Shown piece after piece: positions 29,572 to 40,478 of a stretch of 64,000 nt of DNA; position 1 is the first letter of the stretch; every line of letters starts with the position of its first letter. Source of the DNA: an uncultured Gemmatimonadales bacterium (GTDB lineage: Bacteria; Gemmatimonadota; Gemmatimonadetes; Palauibacterales; Palauibacteraceae); contig CAWANJ010000003.1 in assembly GCA_963783385.1 (NCBI GenBank), positions 96,001 to 160,000 of the forward strand, written 5' to 3'. Under the pieces are notes generated by a model. It worked only from the letters and a program-made list of their open reading frames with translations, was not told the origin of the DNA and searched no databases. The translations under genes were made by a program, and so were the position numbers.

Positions 29572-32500
29572 ACCTGCTGTCCAGCGCACGGCGACGGGCC
29601 GCGGCCATCCTGGGCCTGGTCGTGGTGCTCGGCGCGGCCGGGGTCTACGAGGCCACGCGACTTCCGTCCTCGATCTTCCCGTCCGTCACCTTCCCGATCG
29701 TCAAGGTCATCGCGGACGCGGGCGAGGAGCCCGCGGCGCGCATGATGCCGACCGTGACGCGCCCCCTGGAAGAGGCCATTCACCGGGTCCCGGGCGTGCG
29801 CCTGGTGCGGTCGACCACCTCGCGCGGCTCCAGCGAGATCTCGGCGCAGTTCGCGTGGGGCACGGACATGCAGACGGCCCTGCAGCGCACCCAGGCCGAG
29901 ACCCAGCGCATTCGCCCCGACCTGCCGCCCGGCACCCGGATCGACGTCGAGTGGATGAACACGGCGATCTTCCCGATCATGGGGTACGCCCTCACCTCCG
30001 ACACGCGCTCGCAGGCCTACCTTCGCCAGCTGGCCGAATACACGCTCAAGCCGGCCCTCATCCGGATTCCGGGCGTCTCCCAGGTCCAGATCCAGGGGGG
30101 CCGACAGCGCGAATTCCAGGTGTGGCTGGATCCGGCGGCCCTGCAGTCCAGGAATCTGGCCCCTTCGGACGTGGTCGCGGCGATCCAGGCGGACGACGAC
30201 GTCCTGTCGGCGGGCCTCATCGAGCAGAATCACGAGCTGTACCTGACGCTCGTGGATGGCAGGGTGCACGGTCTCGATGCGCTGTCGCACATCTCGGTGC
30301 CCGTGCCCGGAGGGCCTCCCGCGACCCTGGCGGACCTCGGGCACGTGGACGTGGCCAACGAGGTCTCCTACATCCGAACCACGGCCGGTGGACAACCCGG
30401 CCGTCCTCGTGAACATCGTCCGCCAGCCCAGCGCCAACACGGTGGCCATCGCGCAGGGGATCGGGCAACTGCTCGAGCAGCGTCCCGACCTGATTCCCGC
30501 GGGCGTCCGTTGGACGACGTTCTACGATCAGGCGCGCTTCGTGTCGAACTCGGTGGGGGGGACGCGGGACGCGATCTTGATCGGGGTCCTGCTCGCCGCC
30601 CTCGTGCTCCTCGTCTTCCTGCGGAGCTTCCGGCTCACGGCCATCGCGGTGGCCGCCCTGCCGGCCACCGTGGCCGTGGTGGGGCTGGCGCTGGGCGCCA
30701 CCGGGCAGACGGTCAACCTCATGACCCTCTCCGGGATCGCGGCCGCGCTGGGCCTGATCGCCGATGACGCGATCGTGGTCATCGAGAACATCGAGCGCCA
30801 CCACCGGCCGGGCTCGGAAGGGGACCCCGCGGAGAAGGGCACCCGGCAGATCCTCCCCGCGCTGGTCGGCTCCAGCCTGTCGACGACGGTCATCCTCCTG
30901 CCGTTCGCTCTGCTCACGGGCGTGGTGGGCGCCTTCTTCAAGCCGCTGGCCCTCACCATGGCGCTGGCCCTGGCCGTCTCCTTCTTCATCGCCGCGTTCG
31001 TGGTGCCCGTACTGGCGAGCCGCTTCGGGTTCCGGGGTCGCCATGCCACCGGCCGCGCAGACGGGGGCCGCGACGGACTGGCTTCGGAAGGGCATCCCGG
31101 ATCCGCTGCGCGAGGCGCTGCGTGGGACGGCCGCCGCGGCGGGGCGCGGCTACGATCACGTGGCGCGCTTCTTCGTGGATCACGGCGCGGTGAGCGTGGC
31201 GTTGCTCCTCGCGCTGATGGCCGTCGCGTATCAGCTGTACCGGGGGATCGGCACCGACTTCCTGCCCACGATGGACGAGGGCTCGATCATCCTGGACTAC
31301 TGGACGCCGCCGGGCACGTCCCTGACCGAGACGAACCGGATGCTGGACGACGCGGAGAAGGTGATCCTCTCCATCCCGGACGTCTCCAGCTATTCGCGCC
31401 GCACGGGTACGCAGCTGGGCTTCTTCATCACCGAGCCCAACCGCGGCGATTACGTCATCAACCTCAAGCCGCGCAGACAACGGCGGCCGATCGACGAGGT
31501 GATGAGCGAGCTGCGGCGCCGCATCGCCCGCGTGGAGCCCGCGATCCACACCGACTTCGGACAGCTCCTCGAGGACAACATCGGGGACCTGACCGGAGGT
31601 ACGCCGCAGCCCATCGACATCAAGATCTTCGGTGACGATCAGCAGGTGCTGCAGCAGAAGGCGCGCAAGATCGCCAGCGTCATCTCGGGCGTACGGGGCG
31701 TGGAGGACGTGTTCGATGGGGTGGTGATCGCCGGCCCGGCCCTCCGGATCCGGGTGGACCCGGTGGCGGCCGCCCGCTACGGCCTCACCACGCAGCAGAT
31801 CCACTCGGAGGTGGCCCCTGCCGTGACCGGCTCCGTGGTCGACCAGATCCGGATCGGCGACCGCGTGTACGACCTCAGGGTACTCCGGAAGGATGGCGCG
31901 CCTCTCCAGGACTTGAGGATCCGCACCGCGTCGGGCGGCCTCATTCCCCTGTCCACCGTGGCCACCGTGTCGACCGGCAAGCCGGAGACCGAGATCGACC
32001 GGGAGAACCTGGCCACCTACGTGGGCGTGACCGCGCGCGTGTCGGGCCGGGACCTGGGGAGCACCATGGCCGAGATCCGGAGCCGCATCCGGCGCCAGGT
32101 CACCCTCCCGCCGAGCTTCTCGATCCGCTACGGCGGCCTGTTCCAGCAGCAGGAGCAGTCCTTCCGGAATCTCCTCTACATCCTCCTGGCGGGCCTGGTC
32201 CTGGTGTCGATCGTGGTGCTGTTCGAGTTCGGCGACTGGCGCGCCCCGATCGTGACGTCCGCCTGCGCCGCTTCGGTGCTGGCCGGGGTCCTCCTGGCCC
32301 TCCACCTGACCGGCGTCACCCTCAACATTTCGAGCTACGTCGGCGCGATCATGATGGTCGGCATCGTGGGCGAGAACGCGATCTTCGTGATCCACGAGGC
32401 CCGCGAGGAGCTCCGGCGCGAGGTCCCGGTGCATCTCGCGTGGGCGCGCGCCTCACGGAGACGGCTACGGCCCGTGGCCATGACGATTCTAGCCACCGCC

Positions 32501-32668
32501 TTCGCCCTGGCCCCGCTGGCCATCGCCTATGGCGAGGGATCCCAGCTCATGCAGCCCCTGGCCATCGCGGTCATCGGGGGCTTCGTCCTCTCCGGGCCCA
32601 TCGTGCTCTTCCTGCTCCCCGGGCTCTACCGCCTCCTGGACCCGCACGGGACGCTGGCCGGGGAGTGA
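29568..32668 (+). CDS. RND efflux permease (AcrB/CusA-like), two frameshifts (near 30399 and 31070)
   Basis: TRPLEE, DDAIVVIEN, FFKPLA, FLPTMDEG, RLRPVAMT, QPLAIAVIGG spread over three consecutive ORFs totalling about 1030 aa. Confidence 0.88.
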
Positions 32669-32764
32669 CGGCGGGGGCGGGCGGCCACCGGCGGGTCGGG
32701 GGCGCCGGCGGGGACGCGCGGCGGCCAACCGGCGCGGGGACCGCCGGGGCGAGTGAGGCGGCCC

Positions 32765-34121
32765 TCAGCCGGTGACCCTCGCCTCCTCGCCCGCGAACGC
32801 CCACCGGATCGCGGGAGGCCCTGGCCTCGTCGATGTCCACGAGGGCCAGGAGCACGCCGCCCACCACGAAGAACACGACCAGGGAGAGAATGGCCCAGCG
32901 GCCCGAGCCCGTCGTGTCGAGGACGAGGGCGAACAGGAGCGGGCCCCAGATGGCCGAGAATTTGGAGAGGACCGAGTAGAAGCCGTAGAACTCGGCCGAG
33001 GCCTCCTCGGGGATCATGGACCCGTACAGGCTGCGGCTCAGGGCCTGGGCCCCGCCCTGAACGAAGCCGACCGTGGCGCCGAGCGCGAAGAACGGGTAGG
33101 CCCGGCCGACCGGCAGCCGGAAGGCGGCCACGGCCACCAGAGTGTAGGCGACCAGGCACAGGATCACGGCCGCGCGCGTGCCCGTGCGGCCGCTGATCCA
33201 CCCGAAGAACCAGGCGCCGCCGAAGGCCACGAACTGGACGATGAGGAGCGTGACCATCACGGAGGTCAGGCTCAGCTGCAGGGTCCCGACCGCGTAGGCC
33301 GACGCCATGTTGATCGTGGTCTGGATCCCGTCATTGTAAACCAGGTAGGCGATCAGGAAGAGGAGGAGCTGACGGAAGCCGACCAGCCTGGCGAGCGTCC
33401 CGAGCACGCGTGCGAAGCCGAGCTTCGTGTAAGCCACTGGGCGCGGAAGCCCCGCCAGCTTCGCCGGGAGCTCCTGGGCGCGCCCCGTCTCCCGGAACCG
33501 GCTGAGGGCGAAGATCGAAAAGCCCAGCCACCAGACCCCGGACGAGGCCAGCGCGATCCGCACCGCCAGCTCCTGCCCGATCCCGAGCCGGTCGTGGAGC
33601 ACGACCAGCAGCATGGCCAGGGCGAACTGGAGGCCGCCGCCCACGTAGCCGGTCGCGTAGCCCCTGGCGGACACGCGGTCGATCGTGTCGGGAGTCGTGA
33701 TGTCGGGGAGGAAGCCGTCGTAGAACACGTTGGCGGCCACGAACCCGATCTGCGTGCACAGGAACAGTCCCATGGCGAGGGCCACGTGACCGGGCCGCAC
33801 GAAGAACAGACCGATGGCGAACAGTGCTCCGCCGAAGGCGAAGGCCCTGAGGAAGCGCTTCTTGGCGGCCGAGAAGTCGGCAATGGCGCCCAGCACCGGG
33901 GTCGCGATGAAGATCAGGAAAGTGACGCCGCCGACCAGGTAGCCCCACAGGGCCTCGCCGGTCACCACGTGCCCGAGGATCGAGAAGCCCTCGGCCGGGA
34001 CCACCGATTTGGTGAAGTAGGCGGGAAGCAGCGCCGCCATCACCGTGGTGGCGTAAGCGGAGTTGGCCCAGTCGTACATGGCCCAGCCGAAGATCGTGCG
34101 GGGGTCGTTCTTCGGGGCCAT
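32765..34121 (-). CDS. MFS transporter, UMF1/Atg22 family
   Basis: WAMYDWANSAY, NVFYDGFL, GYVGGG, YNDGI, QALSRSL; probable end at 32765 after a frameshift near 32810. Confidence 0.85.
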
Positions 34122-34359
34122 CGGGGCTCGCTCCAGGGTCGTGGGGGCGCGGACCGCGCGCGACGCCCCAAGTTCGCTTCGGAGGGTGCCCGGCGTCCAG
34201 GGAGCTCTCCCCCGGATGGGGGAAGACCTTGGCGCGGGGGCTCGCGTCCGGGAGGGGATTCGGTCAGGATGAGCGGAGTGGCGAGGATGGGAACCGGACC
34301 CGGATCACGGCGGCCGGCCCGCGGCTCGTGCTCGGGGCGTCGTGGTGAGAGGAGGGGGC

Positions 34360-34827
34360 ATGGCCAGCCAGTTCACGTACACGAGGCGCGTCGAGTTCGC
34401 TGACACGGACGCGGCGGGCGTGGCCCACTTCGCCTCCTTCTTCCGCTACATGGAGGAGGCCGAGCACGCCTTCTACCGCTCGCTGGGCTCGTCCGCCTAC
34501 CGGCTGGAGGCGGACCGCGTGGAGGGCATGCCCCGCGTGTCGGCGAGCTGCGACTATCTGAGCCCCGTCCGCTACGACGACGAGCTGGCCGTGCACCTCG
34601 TCGTGCGCGAGAAGACGGCGAAGGCGATCGGCTATGAGGTCCGCTTCGACCGGCTGGGCGCGGCGGAGCCGGTCACGGTGGCCCGCGGAGCCATGAAGGT
34701 GGTGCACGTCACGCGCGGCCACGGGGCGCGGGATTGGACGGTGACCGAGCTCCCGGCCGCCCTGCTGGAGCGGATCGAGGTGGCGCCCGAGCCGGACCCC
34801 GGCCCGCGGCACGGTGGTGCCGCGTGA
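34360..34827 (+). CDS. Acyl-CoA thioesterase (4HBT/YbgC hotdog fold)
   Basis: RVEFADTDAAGVAHFASFFRYMEEAE. Confidence 0.88.
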   Translation: MASQFTYTRRVEFADTDAAGVAHFASFFRYMEEAEHAFYRSLGSSAYRLEADRVEGMPRVSASCDYLSPVRYDDELAVHLVVREKTAKAIGYEVRFDRLGAAEPVTVARGAMKVVHVTRGHGARDWTVTELPAALLERIEVAPEPDPGPRHGGAA

Positions 34828-35294
34828 CCGACCGCCGCGACGTGGAGATCGAGCGGAAGTACCTGCTCTCCGGCCTTCCCGAAGCCGCGCGGGTCGTGAC
34901 GCCGATCGTCATCGACCAGGGCTGGCTTCCGGGCGAGCGGCTGCAGGAGCGGGTGCGGCGGATCCGCGACGTCGATGGGGAGCGCTACTCCCGGACGGTG
35001 AAGCTGGGCCGCGGGGTGGAGAGGCTCGAGGTGGAGGAGGCCGCGGACCGCGACCTGTTCGAGGCGCTGTGGCCCCTGACCGAGGGCCGCCGCGTCTCCA
35101 AGCTCCGCTACCGGATCCCCGAGGGCGACCTCGTGTGGGAGATCGACCGGTTCCGGGACCCGGAGCTGGTGCTGGCGGAGGTGGAGCTGCCCGACGCGGA
35201 GGTCGTGCCCGACCTGCCGGCCTGGCTGGCCCCCTACGTGACCCGCGAAGTGACGGGGGAGCCGGAGTACGTCAATGTGAACCTGGCGCGCTGA
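34824..35294 (+). CDS. CYTH domain protein
   Basis: EIERKYL, K.RY, WEIDRF, LAEVEL, EVTGEPEYVN. Confidence 0.88.
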   Translation: MTDRRDVEIERKYLLSGLPEAARVVTPIVIDQGWLPGERLQERVRRIRDVDGERYSRTVKLGRGVERLEVEEAADRDLFEALWPLTEGRRVSKLRYRIPEGDLVWEIDRFRDPELVLAEVELPDAEVVPDLPAWLAPYVTREVTGEPEYVNVNLAR

Positions 35295-35325
35295 CGGGGG
35301 GAGCCCAGCGTGCTGACGGATCCGC

Positions 35326-35602
35326 TCAGCTCTCTCCGCCCCTGGCCAGCTCCCGCCGGAACTCGGACTCGTCCGACAGGCGGGCGAGCTCGGTCTCGGC
35401 GTTGTCCAGCTGGGTCTCGAGGAGGGCAAGCCGCGACTCGATCGCCGCCAGGCGATCGTTCGACTGCGGGGTCTGGCGGAGGTGGGCGATCGCCTCGACG
35501 ATCGGCTTGAAGGCGAAGCGGGCGGTGAGGCCGGCGACGGGGATGAGGACGATGAGCGTGCCCATGATCGACGCCCGCGAGTCCGGTCCAGTCTACTGGC
35601 AT
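35326..35602 (-). CDS. Small single-TM coiled-coil hypothetical protein (frameshift near 35570)
   Basis: MPVDWTGLAGV joins IMGTLIVLIPVAGLTARFAFKPIVEAI and a coiled coil if one base is removed. Confidence 0.6.
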
Positions 35603-35856
35603 TTCGGCACCTCGGTTCCGGGGTCGATTCGCGCCTTCCGTACGTGGAGCGCGGAGCGGGGGTTTCGGCGCCGCGAGCTCGCGGGCGGGAACCCGGCCAT
35701 CATGCCTTCCGTCGGCCGTGTCCGCCAGTCGGGAAGGGCGCCGGGGAACCGCTCCCGCCCGATCTCCGTTGCGTTCGTCCACGCGGGGGCGCACCGTGCA
35801 CTCCGCGTGAGAGACCTCCACCACGTGACCGACCCCCTCACCGCACGGGAGATCCG

Positions 35857-36981
35857 ATGAGCCGCCCGACGAGCCGCAGGGAGTTCGTGAAGCGATCCGC
35901 CGTCCTGGCCGGGGCCGTGGGTCTGGGGGCGTGGGGAGGCGGCGCCGGCGACGGACCCGGGCGAGCTCCCCGCCCGCTCCGCATTCTCATCCTGGGCGGC
36001 ACCGGGTTCATTGGTCCGCACGAGGTCGACTTCGCGCGTGCCCGCGGACACCATCTCACGCTGTTCAACCGCGGCAAGACGAACCCCGGCCTGTTCCCGG
36101 ACATCGAGCAGCTGCACGGCGACCGGAACGGCGACCTGGAGTCGCTGAAGGGGAAGAGCTGGGACGTGTGCATCGACAACTCCGCCTCCAACATCGAGTG
36201 GGTGCGGCTGAGCGCCGCCCTCCTGGAGAACGCGGTGCGGCGGTACCTGTACGTGTCCTCGATCAGCGCCTACTCGGACATGAGCACGCCCGGGATGGAC
36301 GAGGACGCCCCCACCTTCACCTACGAGAGCGCCGGGGTGAGCCGGGACGCCACGAAGCTCCCCTACGGCCTGCAGAAGGCGCTGTGCGAGCGCGAGACGC
36401 GGAGGGTGTTCGGCGACCGGGCCACGATCGTGCGGCCGGGGCTCATCGTCGGGCCGCGGGATCCGACCGACCGGTTCACCTACTGGCCGGTGCGGGTCCA
36501 CCGTGGCGGCGATGTCCTGGCTCCGGGCACGCCCGCCGACCCGACCCAGATCATCGACGCCCGCGACCTCACTGGCTTCATGATCCGCCTGGTCGAGAAC
36601 GATACGGGCGGCACGTTCAACGCCACCGGCCACTCGCGCGGCATGGGAGAGTTGCTCGAGGGTATCCGCGAGGCGGAGGGTGCCGACTGCACGTTCACCT
36701 GGGCCGATGCCGCCTTCCTGGCCGCGCACGATGTCAAGCCGTGGTCGGACATGCCCGTGTGGGTGCCCGACACGAAGGAGACGGCCGGCTTCGCGCGCGT
36801 CGACATCCGGCGCGCGATCGGAGCCGGCCTCACCTTCGTCCCCCTGCGGCGGACCGTCCGCGACACGCTGGCCTGGTTCCAGGCGCAGCCCGCCGAGCGG
36901 CAGGCCCACCTGCGCTCCGGCCTCACGCCCGAGCGCGAGGCGGAGGTGCTCAAGGCCTGGAGGTCGCGGGCGGACGGCTAG
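35857..36981 (+). CDS. Tat-exported NAD(P)-dependent epimerase / isoflavone-reductase-like SDR
   Basis: SRREFVK Tat motif, [24 protein letters not shown]. Confidence 0.88.
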   Translation: MSRPTSRREFVKRSAVLAGAVGLGAWGGGAGDGPGRAPRPLRILILGGTGFIGPHEVDFARARGHHLTLFNRGKTNPGLFPDIEQLHGDRNGDLESLKGKSWDVCIDNSASNIEWVRLSAALLENAVRRYLYVSSISAYSDMSTPGMDEDAPTFTYESAGVSRDATKLPYGLQKALCERETRRVFGDRATIVRPGLIVGPRDPTDRFTYWPVRVHRGGDVLAPGTPADPTQIIDARDLTGFMIRLVENDTGGTFNATGHSRGMGELLEGIREAEGADCTFTWADAAFLAAHDVKPWSDMPVWVPDTKETAGFARVDIRRAIGAGLTFVPLRRTVRDTLAWFQAQPAERQAHLRSGLTPEREAEVLKAWRSRADG

Positions 36982-37042
36982 CCGGGACGCGCCCGGCGCC
37001 ACGGGCGGCGGGGGCCCGGCCCCGCCCGCACCGCCGCTCGGC

Positions 37043-37465
37043 CTACACCAGCTTCGCGTCCAGGCTGATGTCGGCTCGGAACAGCTTGGACACCGGGCAT
37101 CCCTTCTTCGCCGCCTCGGCGTGCTCGAAGAACTCGTCCTCGTCGATGCCGGGGACGTCGGCCTCCAGGTGGAGGTCGATGCGGGGGATGGAGGGTCCAC
37201 CCTCGCCCGGCTCGAGGTGCACGTCCGCCCGCGTGCGGACGGACTCGGGCGGATGCCCCGCCTGGGCGAGGATGTTGGAGAGCGCCATCGAGAAGCACCC
37301 CGCATGCGCGGCGGCCAGCAGCTCCTCGGGGTTGGTGCCCTCGCCCTCCTCGAAGCGCGACCGGAAGGAGTAGGGGCCCTCCCAGGCGCCGCTCCCTACC
37401 GTCATGGTGCCGCGGCCGGCCTTCAGGTCACCGCTCCACTGCGCGCGCGAAGATCTCGTCGGCAT
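37043..37465 (-). CDS. osmC: OsmC peroxiredoxin
   Basis: [37 protein letters not shown]. Confidence 0.93.
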   Translation of the reverse strand: MPTRSSRAQWSGDLKAGRGTMTVGSGAWEGPYSFRSRFEEGEGTNPEELLAAAHAGCFSMALSNILAQAGHPPESVRTRADVHLEPGEGGPSIPRIDLHLEADVPGIDEDEFFEHAEAAKKGCPVSKLFRADISLDAKLV

Positions 37466-37632
37466 CTGCCTTCCTCCGTTCTCGTCCGTGTTGGGCGTGT
37501 GGTGGTCGCGGAAGGCAGGCCGCAAGGGTCGCGCCGGAGTCGGCGAGGATCGGGCGAGGGCGTGCGGAGCGGAGCGAAAGCCCGGGGGCGGCGGACCGGC
37601 CCCCGGGCATCGGGTCCAGGTTCCGAGGAGGG

Positions 37633-38139
37633 CTACATCGACGGCGCTGGCGCGTCCCGGTTCCAGATGTTCATGACGCCCTTCCAGGAGCCGTCCGCCT
37701 GCTTCTGCCAGATGGCGCCGAACTCACCCGCCTCGTGCACGGGCGAGCCCTGGGCGGGCTGGATGTCTGACGTGTAGACTCCCCACCCGGCCGCGAGGCT
37801 GCCGGAGATCCACATCTGTTTGGCCACGTTGTGGGTCTTCACCTGGCCCTGGGCCAGGAAGTCGGTCCACAGCTTTCGTATCGCGTCCGACCCCACGGCG
37901 GGAGGCGCGTCCGGCGGGCTGCTGACCGCGTCGGGCGTGAACATGGCCACGAGGCCGTCCACATCACCGGCGTTCATCGCAGAGTCGAACCCCGCGATGG
38001 CCGCTTCGAGGGCCGCGGAATCCGCGGCCGTGGCGGCCGGGGCGGACTGGGAGCCGCCTGTCTGCTGGTCGGTGGGCGCGCAGCCGAGCTGGGTCGCGGT
38101 CGCGGCCGCGAGAAGGATGAGGGCGAGCCGTGTTCGCAT
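37633..38139 (-). CDS. SnoaL/DUF4440-like lipoprotein
   Basis: Lipobox LGC; NAGDVD..FTPDAV..PP, WQKQADGSWK. Confidence 0.8.
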   Translation of the reverse strand: MRTRLALILLAAATATQLGCAPTDQQTGGSQSAPAATAADSAALEAAIAGFDSAMNAGDVDGLVAMFTPDAVSSPPDAPPAVGSDAIRKLWTDFLAQGQVKTHNVAKQMWISGSLAAGWGVYTSDIQPAQGSPVHEAGEFGAIWQKQADGSWKGVMNIWNRDAPAPSM

Positions 38140-38456
38140 GGGTCACCTCTGCAGGTTGTCGCACGCCGGGAAGGGTGAGAGGGTCGTTCCGGCGGGCAGG
38201 GAGCCGAACTCGCGGCGACTGAGATTGCCGGGTATCTAGATATGCTACCGCTGCCGAGTGCGCGGCGCCAGTGTCGGCGCATCGGGGCTGGCGGCCCATC
38301 CGACTCACGGAAGCTCGAGGGCCCCTCTTGATTCCCGGGTCCCTGCGGTGGCAGCTTCGTGGACGCTCGCCGCGGCGAGCGCACGGGCGAGTGGAGCCTC
38401 CCGGCGCGAGGCGGCCTCCTCGCGGTTCCCGAGAACCCGGGCCGGATATCGGCAGC

Positions 38457-40115
38457 ATGCTCTTGTTCCTCACTCTCATAGCCCTGTACCTGCTGCCGGT
38501 GGCCCACCCGGCTCTCACGTCGCTGGTGGGCGTCGACACCAGCTGGCTGTGGGGCGTCCACCTGGTGCCGGTCGCCATCCTCGCCTACCGGTATGGTTTC
38601 TGGGGCGCGCTTCCGGCGGTCCTGATCAGCGTCATGCTGGTCATCCTCGGGGAGTACGTGCTGGCGTCCACGGTGCTCTCGGGAGTCGGCCCCGGCACGG
38701 CCGACACGCTCGCGCTGGCCACCAGCTTCTCGGACGTGCTGGTCGCCGCCCTCACCCTGTACGCCCGGCGCACGGCCCACCGGCTCCGGGACACGGCGTT
38801 CACGGACCACCTCACCGAGCTCCCGAACCGCCGGCTGTTCCTGGACCGTCTCTCTCACAGGATCGCCCAGGCCCAGCGCCGCGTGGGGTCCCGGTTCGGT
38901 GTGCTGTTCCTGGACCTGGACGACTTCAAGCTCATCAACGACAGCCTCGGACACGCGGCCGGCAACGAGGTGCTGCAGCGCATGGCGCGGCGCCTGGAGC
39001 GGTGCATCCGGGCGGGGGACACCGTGACGCGCTGGGGGGGCGACGAGTTCGTGATCCTCCTGGACGAGGTCGTCGACGGGGCCGGGGCCGAGGTCGTGGC
39101 CCACCGCATCGCCGAGGCGCTCGAGACTCCGGTGGAGGTCGACGGCCATCGCGTGCAGCTCGCGGCGAGCATCGGCATCGTGGTGGGCTCGGAGCACGAC
39201 TCGGATCCCGAGGGCCTCGTCGGACAGGCCGATACGGCCATGTACCGGGCCAAGGGGCAGGGCAAGGGACGTATCGAAATCTTCGACCGCTCCATGCACG
39301 AGCGGGCCCGGACCCGGCTGGCGCTGGAGACCGATCTCGGACACGCGCTCGAGCGTGGCGAGTTCGTGCTGCACTACCAGCCGCTGGTGTCGCTGGCCAA
39401 TGGCGCGGTGGAGGGCCTGGAGGCCCTGGTTCAATGGCGGCATCCCAAGCGGGGTCTGCTGGCGCCCGGACACTTCATCGAGGTGGCCGAGGACACGGGC
39501 CTCATCGAGCAGCTCGGAACGTTCGTGCTCCGGGAGGCCTGCCAGACCCTGGCGGCGTGGCGCGGGCGCTTTCCGGCGGCCGCGCACCTGACCATGGGCG
39601 TCAACGTGTCGCCGCGGCAGCTGTCGCGCGGGGACTTCGTGGACCTCGTGGCGGAGACGTGCCGGGAGTTCGCCCTGCCTCCGGCGCGGGTCAACCTGGA
39701 GATCACCGAGACGACCCTGGTCGAGAACGCCCAGATGGCGTCCCGCTCCCTCGAGCAGCTCCGGAAGGTGGGCATCCAGCTCTCCATCGACGACTTCGGG
39801 ACCGGCTACTCGTCGCTGCACTACCTGCACCAGTTCCCCGTGCAGAGCCTCAAGATCGACCGCTCCTTCGTGGCCGCCCTCGGGGCCGATCCCCGTAACT
39901 CGGCCATCATCCGCGCCGTCGTGGCGCTGGCCCAGGAGCTCGGGATCCGGACGGTGGCGGAGGGCGTCGAGTACGCGAGCCAGATGCAGGTCGTCCAGAA
40001 GCTGGGCTGCGATCTCGCCCAGGGCTACCTGTTCTACCGTCCCCTGCCGCCCCAGGAGGTCGAGTCGCTCATCGCCCGGATGGGGAAACCCACGGCCCTC
40101 CGGGCCGCCGAGTAG
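38457..40115 (+). CDS. Membrane GGDEF-EAL protein, paralog A
   Basis: TM N-terminus; DHLTELPNR, RWGGDEF, EALVQW, DDFGTGYSS. Confidence 0.9.
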   Translation: MLLFLTLIALYLLPVAHPALTSLVGVDTSWLWGVHLVPVAILAYRYGFWGALPAVLISVMLVILGEYVLASTVLSGVGPGTADTLALATSFSDVLVAALTLYARRTAHRLRDTAFTDHLTELPNRRLFLDRLSHRIAQAQRRVGSRFGVLFLDLDDFKLINDSLGHAAGNEVLQRMARRLERCIRAGDTVTRWGGDEFVILLDEVVDGAGAEVVAHRIAEALETPVEVDGHRVQLAASIGIVVGSEHDSDPEGLVGQADTAMYRAKGQGKGRIEIFDRSMHERARTRLALETDLGHALERGEFVLHYQPLVSLANGAVEGLEALVQWRHPKRGLLAPGHFIEVAEDTGLIEQLGTFVLREACQTLAAWRGRFPAAAHLTMGVNVSPRQLSRGDFVDLVAETCREFALPPARVNLEITETTLVENAQMASRSLEQLRKVGIQLSIDDFGTGYSSLHYLHQFPVQSLKIDRSFVAALGADPRNSAIIRAVVALAQELGIRTVAEGVEYASQMQVVQKLGCDLAQGYLFYRPLPPQEVESLIARMGKPTALRAAE

Positions 40116-40478
40116 CCTGGCGGCGGCGTCGGGCGGCGGCTCTCCCGGCGGGGGGCCGGCACGGCAGACGTCCTCCGCCACAGCCACGGTCTTTCACAGG
40201 TTACGTGCGGTCCTCGGAAGGCATTTCCTCTTGGAACGGGGTCCGACGATCGAACGCGTGATCACGCGTCCTTCCATGATCGTGGCCGTCTTCAGGATTC
40301 ACACCGCTCTCTCCGTTCGACCGTGTTCCGAAAAATGGCTCGCCGTTCGAACCCTTGATTTCTCGAGTTATCGGTGTATCCTTGGTGACGGTCCGTCCCC
40401 GCGTGCCCGCGGACGACCGCCACGGGCGGTCGCCGTACGCGGGCCGCACCCCCGGAGGACTCTCGACCGGGTGGTGGT

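Noticed and set aside
38140-38456. c-di-GMP riboswitch upstream of GGDEF/EAL genes (also checked 19587-19715 and 40116-40478)
   Set aside because: No recognisable class I or II aptamer consensus; a covariance search would be needed to exclude it
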